From Desulfobulbus propionicus DSM 2032 (lineage in GTDB: Bacteria; Desulfobacterota; Desulfobulbia; Desulfobulbales; Desulfobulbaceae), in NCBI RefSeq assembly GCF_000186885.1, contig NC_014972.1:2880001-2912000 (forward strand): DNA of 32,000 bases, in the 5' to 3' direction. The notes under the pieces were generated by a model that did not search any database, had not been told where the DNA came from, and saw nothing but the letters and a program-made list of their open reading frames with translations. Position 1 is the stretch's first letter. Each line of letters opens with the position of its first letter. Shown here piece by piece: positions 28,113 through 32,000 of the stretch. A program made the translations under genes and the position numbers.

Positions 28113-28543
28113 ACGGACCGCTCGTCGAACGCCGCACCTTCATCGGCCGCGGCATGCAGTGGCTGGCGGCAGTGGTTTCCGCCGCGTTCCTCTATCCTCT
28201 GCTCCGTTTCACCGGCCACCGGATTCCGCGCAAGCCCCGTCTGGTCGAGGTGGCCGCACCTCTGCCGCTCACCGGCGTGTATGTGGACCAGGATTTTCTC
28301 CTCCTTGCCGATCCGCATAAGGCCGAAGGGGCCATGGCGGTCTCCCGCATCTGCACCCATCTTGGCTGCCGGGTCAATTACCAGCAGGACAAACAGCTCA
28401 TCGAATGCCCCTGTCATCAAAGCCGTTTTACCCTGAGCGGCCAACGGATCAGCGGTCCCGCGGAAAAGGATCTGCCTGTCCATGAGGTCACCGTGAACAG
28501 GGACGCCGACGGCCGGGTGGTCAGCTACGTGGTCACGATCTGA
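28109..28543 (+). CDS. Rieske [2Fe-2S] protein, bc/b6f type
   Basis: 144 aa. Twin-arginine N-terminus 'ERRTFIGRGMQWLAAVVSAAFL'. Cluster boxes 'CTHLGC' and 'CPCHQS', including the two disulfide cysteines typical of Rieske/cyt b complexes. The ATG overlaps the coaD stop (ATGA). Confidence 0.9.
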   Translation: MNGPLVERRTFIGRGMQWLAAVVSAAFLYPLLRFTGHRIPRKPRLVEVAAPLPLTGVYVDQDFLLLADPHKAEGAMAVSRICTHLGCRVNYQQDKQLIECPCHQSRFTLSGQRISGPAEKDLPVHEVTVNRDADGRVVSYVVTI

Positions 28544-29409
28544 TGGCCCTGCGCGCGCGTGACGGCTGGCCCAATCCACTCCGCTGGCTCCTGAGCCATC
28601 CCTGGGGCGGCGGATCGCTGATAAGCCTCTTCCTCTCGGTCGTTTCCGGCATTGTCGTGGCCCTGCAATACGATCCGACCGAACCCTTCTATTCGACCAC
28701 CACCATCGAGCTGGTGGTGCCCTATGGCTCCTTCTGGCGCGCTCTGCACTACTTTTCCAGCCAAGCCTTTTTCCTGCTGCTGCTGGCGCATGTGGTCGTG
28801 GTGCTGTGGAAAAACGAGGCCGACTATCGGCGGGGCGCCTGGGTGCGCCTCTGCGCCACCCTGCCCTGCGGGCTGTTGCTGCTGTTCACCGGCTACGTGC
28901 TCCGGGGAGACGCCACCGGCGAAGCGGCCGGCGCCATTGCCGAGCACATCTGTCTTTCGGTGCCGCTGATCGGGCCGGCGCTCAACGATGTCCTCTTTGA
29001 CTTGGCCGAAAGCGGACTGCGCAAGGTCTACGCCCATCATGTCATCGGCCTGGTGGTGCTGGGCGGCATGGCTGCCTGGCCGCACCTGCGCCGCTATACC
29101 GCCCGCTGGCGCAATCACCTGCCCCTGGTGGCGCTGACCGTGCTGATTTCCGTGGCCGTGGCCGCACCAATTGAACCCAACCGGTTCGGCTTGCTGTTCA
29201 TCGCCGGTCCCTGGTTTTTCCTCGGCCTGCAGGAGCTGTTGCGCTATTGGCCCCCCTTTGTCGCCGGCGTGCTGGCGCCGCTGCTGCCGCTGGCCCTGCT
29301 GTTGTGGCTGCCGAAAGCGCGCCGCTCCCGCACCCTGGCCCTGCTGGCCATCGGTCTGTGGCTGGCGTTCTACATTGGCCTAACCGTTTTGTGCCTCCAG
29401 CGGATTTGA
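28543..29409 (+). CDS. Compact dihaem cytochrome b (b6 + subunit-IV-like fusion, 288 aa)
   Basis: About 7 hydrophobic helices. Helix B 'RALHYFSSQAFFLLLLAH' (H-x13-H) and helix D 'AHHVIGLVVLGGMAAWPH' (H-x14-H). The region 'IAGPWFFLGLQELLRY' sits where PEWYFL is expected. The ATG overlaps the Rieske stop (TGATG). Confidence 0.85.
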   Translation: MALRARDGWPNPLRWLLSHPWGGGSLISLFLSVVSGIVVALQYDPTEPFYSTTTIELVVPYGSFWRALHYFSSQAFFLLLLAHVVVVLWKNEADYRRGAWVRLCATLPCGLLLLFTGYVLRGDATGEAAGAIAEHICLSVPLIGPALNDVLFDLAESGLRKVYAHHVIGLVVLGGMAAWPHLRRYTARWRNHLPLVALTVLISVAVAAPIEPNRFGLLFIAGPWFFLGLQELLRYWPPFVAGVLAPLLPLALLLWLPKARRSRTLALLAIGLWLAFYIGLTVLCLQRI

Positions 29410-29429
29410 CCCGGCCCTGGCCGTCGCGC

Positions 29430-30884
29430 TCAATCGACCCGCAACAAGGCCAGCCGTTCCGGGGCAAGAAAGTGGTCGAGCAGCACCTCTCCATCAAGAT
29501 TGTCGAGCGGCGTGACGGTGGAATCAGCCACCTGGCGGTACACCGCCTCCACCGCTTCCCCGTAGCGGCCGAGGGTATAGCGGGACTGGAGGACATGCCG
29601 ATTTCTTGCCAGCGGCAATCGCAGGGCGTCGGTCGCAGGAAGGCTTGCCGGATCGAGTAACGCGGCCTGGGCCCTGGAGCGCACCAGACGACGGAGAACA
29701 GCCTCCTGCAGGGGTTCGTCCAGCCGACCGAAATCGACCCGGTCCTCCAGGATCCATGCCTCCAGCACCCGTTGGAGATCGCCGCCGCTGGGACAGCGCC
29801 CGTATGCCGCCCAATTGCGCTGCAATCCGTCGGCGGCGGCCTGGACCACTCGTTCCCTCCCCAGCCAGTCCATAGGCACTTCCAGCCGACGGTAGCCCCA
29901 CGGCTGCACCAGTCCTTCGAGGGCAAAACCCGTGGTGATCTCCGGCAGATCGCGACCGCAGACCGGGGTATTCACGGTCCAGGGTTCGAGGAAGGCCATG
30001 CCGAATCCCTCGGCCACGCTGGTGGTCACCGCCACATCGGCCAGCCGGAGCAGCTCGACAAAACTGTATCGGTCCGGCCGTACCATCTCGAAATGCACCG
30101 GCAGTGCCAACTCCGTGGCCACCCGCTTCCACCGCTGATAGCGCGGTTGTTCCAGCGGATTTTCCGGTCCGGAGGTCACCGCAAACAAGGCGTCTTCGGG
30201 GGCCAGGATCGACCAGAGGAGAAATTCCCCCAGATTCTTGCGTCGGATGGCGCGGGTGGGATAGAGCCACAGGGAAGGCAACTCGGCGCGAGTGGGCTTG
30301 TCCTCGTCAATCTGACCGAGCTCCACCGGGTTGGGCAGGGAGTGGAGATGTTCGGCATCAAGGCCGGCATCACGCAGGTAGCGGTAATCGCGGCTGTTGA
30401 GCACCGCATAATGCAGATGCCCCGCCTGGGGGTAGAGCAAACGGGACAGGGATGTTCCCCGGCTTGCCGCCATCCTGGCGCGCATGGCTTGATAGTTGGC
30501 CGGGCGGCCGTCCTCGGCGAAATCATGGATCTGCAGGAGCAGGTGCTCACCCTCTTCGGCCAGTTGGCGCAAAGCCACGGGCAAGACCAGGCTCTTGCCC
30601 AGACTGTGATTATGCACATGCCACAGATCGGGCGGGCCGCCCAGGGCCGCGCTTGCCTCCGCCCGCATCTGGGCGGCCAGCTCCACGGCGGTGATCGCCG
30701 GCCGATCCGCCTCGTACTGCAATCCGGGAACAACCCGCCAGGGACCATGGACCTGCACGGCCGGCGGCTTGCCGGTGAGCGCCACGGTTTTCAGGCCACG
30801 GTCGCCCAGGGCCTTTTGCAGGTGGCAGATGATCCGGGTCACGCCGCCGTTCTGCAGATGATAATGAACAATGGCCACCCGCAT
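29430..30884 (-). CDS. GT4-type (GT-B, retaining) glycosyltransferase with a ~110-aa C-terminal extension; possibly a second-step glycosyl-(3-phospho)glycerate glycosyltransferase
   Basis: 484 aa. 'MRVAIVHYHLQNGGVTRII' N-terminus. EX7E motif 'AEGFGMAFLE'. The start is 3 nt after the gpgS stop. The specific substrate assignment is inferred from linkage only. Confidence 0.75.
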   Translation of the reverse strand: MRVAIVHYHLQNGGVTRIICHLQKALGDRGLKTVALTGKPPAVQVHGPWRVVPGLQYEADRPAITAVELAAQMRAEASAALGGPPDLWHVHNHSLGKSLVLPVALRQLAEEGEHLLLQIHDFAEDGRPANYQAMRARMAASRGTSLSRLLYPQAGHLHYAVLNSRDYRYLRDAGLDAEHLHSLPNPVELGQIDEDKPTRAELPSLWLYPTRAIRRKNLGEFLLWSILAPEDALFAVTSGPENPLEQPRYQRWKRVATELALPVHFEMVRPDRYSFVELLRLADVAVTTSVAEGFGMAFLEPWTVNTPVCGRDLPEITTGFALEGLVQPWGYRRLEVPMDWLGRERVVQAAADGLQRNWAAYGRCPSGGDLQRVLEAWILEDRVDFGRLDEPLQEAVLRRLVRSRAQAALLDPASLPATDALRLPLARNRHVLQSRYTLGRYGEAVEAVYRQVADSTVTPLDNLDGEVLLDHFLAPERLALLRVD

Positions 30885-30887
30885 GGA

Positions 30888-31910
30888 TCAGCCCTCCGAG
30901 ACAACGGTCGCCGGTTCAGCGGCTGCGACGGACTCGGCACCGGCCAGCTCCCTCTTGCGGCGGTAGGCAGCCACCCGGACCAGCGGCGGCCGTTCATGTT
31001 CCGCCAGCCGATGCACCTCCCGTTGCCAGTGCCCCTGCCGACGGACAAACTGGTGCAAACCGTTGGCACATTCCAACGACGCCGCCAGGACGCCCCGCTG
31101 CCACAGCCGCCGATGCACGACCTGGAGCAGGGCATGGGCCATGCGCCCCAATTCCCGGTTGCTGCGGCGGCGGTGGTCGCGACGTTCCAGATCGACCTGG
31201 GCCAGGGAGGCCAGGCCATGTGCGGTCCAGACATCGATCAGATGGGCCAGTTCAACGCCATACCCCACCGGAAAGGGTAACTGTTCGAGCACCGATCGGC
31301 GGGCGGCGTACTCGCCGGCAAGCGGCTGGATGCAGTCGGCCAGTGCAGGGAAATAGAGGGAAAGCAGCGGTCGGATCAGGATCTCCGTCACCCTGCCGCC
31401 CTCACCCCAAGGGTCATCGGCGCCGCCGGCAGGACGATCGTAGAAGGCCTTGACATAGCCGAGATCGGGCCGGTGCAGCAGTGGCCCAACCAGCCCGGTG
31501 ACGAATCGCGGCCGAAGGTTGGTGATATCGGCATCGATGAACAGCAGAATATCGCCCTTGAGCTGATGGACCGCCTTCCACAGGTTTTCACCTTTGCCCC
31601 GGTACCGGCCCAGGTGCGGCAGGATATCGGCGGCACGGTACACATCCGCTCCCGCGGCGGCGGCCAGCTCCAGGGTTCGGTCCGTTGAACCGGAATCGAT
31701 CACCGCCAATTCATCGAGCAGGTGAACCGTATCCCGCAACGGCCGCAGCCGATCGACCACCATGCCGATGGTTGCCGCCTCGTTCAAGGTGGGAAAGCAC
31801 AACGACAGCCGCACCCCCTGCCGCGCCTTCAGCCGAACCAGGGCGGCAACATCGGCGAACTGCTCGTGATGAAAGGTGTGGGTTGCCAGCCATTGATCGG
31901 TTCTGTCCAT
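30888..31910 (-). CDS. gpgS: Glucosyl-3-phosphoglycerate synthase (GT81)
   Basis: 'LCFPTLNEAATIG', 'ELAVIDSGSTDRT', 'YRGKGENLW', 'LLFIDADI', 'GGRVTEILIRPLL...IQPLAGEYAARR...PVGYGVELAHLIDV', closely matching my recollection of the GpgS family pattern. I preferred the ATG at 31910 (GAGGGG RBS) over the GTG at 31922. Confidence 0.88.
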   Translation of the reverse strand: MDRTDQWLATHTFHHEQFADVAALVRLKARQGVRLSLCFPTLNEAATIGMVVDRLRPLRDTVHLLDELAVIDSGSTDRTLELAAAAGADVYRAADILPHLGRYRGKGENLWKAVHQLKGDILLFIDADITNLRPRFVTGLVGPLLHRPDLGYVKAFYDRPAGGADDPWGEGGRVTEILIRPLLSLYFPALADCIQPLAGEYAARRSVLEQLPFPVGYGVELAHLIDVWTAHGLASLAQVDLERRDHRRRSNRELGRMAHALLQVVHRRLWQRGVLAASLECANGLHQFVRRQGHWQREVHRLAEHERPPLVRVAAYRRKRELAGAESVAAAEPATVVSEG

Positions 31911-32000
31911 TCGGCCCCTCACGGTGTCGATTCAAGCCCACAGGGTGGCAGCGGCTGAACGCCGTCCCCGCTGACTGGCACGCCGTGCGCCGTCAAGTCG

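Noticed and set aside
29772-31280. 502-aa plus-strand ORF spanning the GT4/gpgS genes in antisense
   Set aside because: Shadow ORF crossing a gene boundary. The GT81 and GT4 signatures are on the minus strand.

Overview
High-GC bacterial chromosomal segment. Gene content (ilvBN-psd-pssA, rsmD-coaD, a multihaem cytochrome c, many GAF/PAS/GGDEF sensors, hemerythrin, gpgS) looks Desulfobacterota/deltaproteobacterial-like, but that is inference only. I support about 28 protein-coding genes and see no tRNA, rRNA, CRISPR array or complete mobile element. From left to right: a 1455-codon hybrid histidine kinase that is open at the window edge. Then a visibly more AT-rich accessory stretch (about 4.4-11.8 kb) holding a lipoprotein, a DUF900-type alpha/beta hydrolase, small exported proteins, a DJ-1/PfpI protein, a family III CoA-transferase and an orphan RAYT-like HUH transposase. 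Then a monocistronic pentahaem cytochrome c. Then a run of c-di-GMP signalling genes: Cache-PAS-GGDEF-hemerythrin, a GAF-GAF-PAS-GGDEF gene split by an apparent 1-nt frameshift, and a FIST sensor. Then an M48/TPR protease, a Trm5/Met-10-type methyltransferase and a TPR protein. Then ilvB-ilvN-psd-pssA, followed by rsmD-coaD joined through overlapping stop/start codons to a compact two-gene Rieske/cytochrome b module. Finally a convergent gpgS-GT4 glycosyltransferase operon. The most interesting observations are the cytochrome-c-less Rieske/cyt b pair with a degenerate Qo motif, the frameshifted diguanylate cyclase next to FIST, the hemerythrin-tailed diguanylate cyclase, a translated-looking leader ORF overlapping the ilvB start, and a textbook terminator hairpin immediately upstream of pssA. 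I did not find a clear multi-gene system that I can call novel. All function calls rest on motifs read by eye and need HMM or BLAST confirmation.
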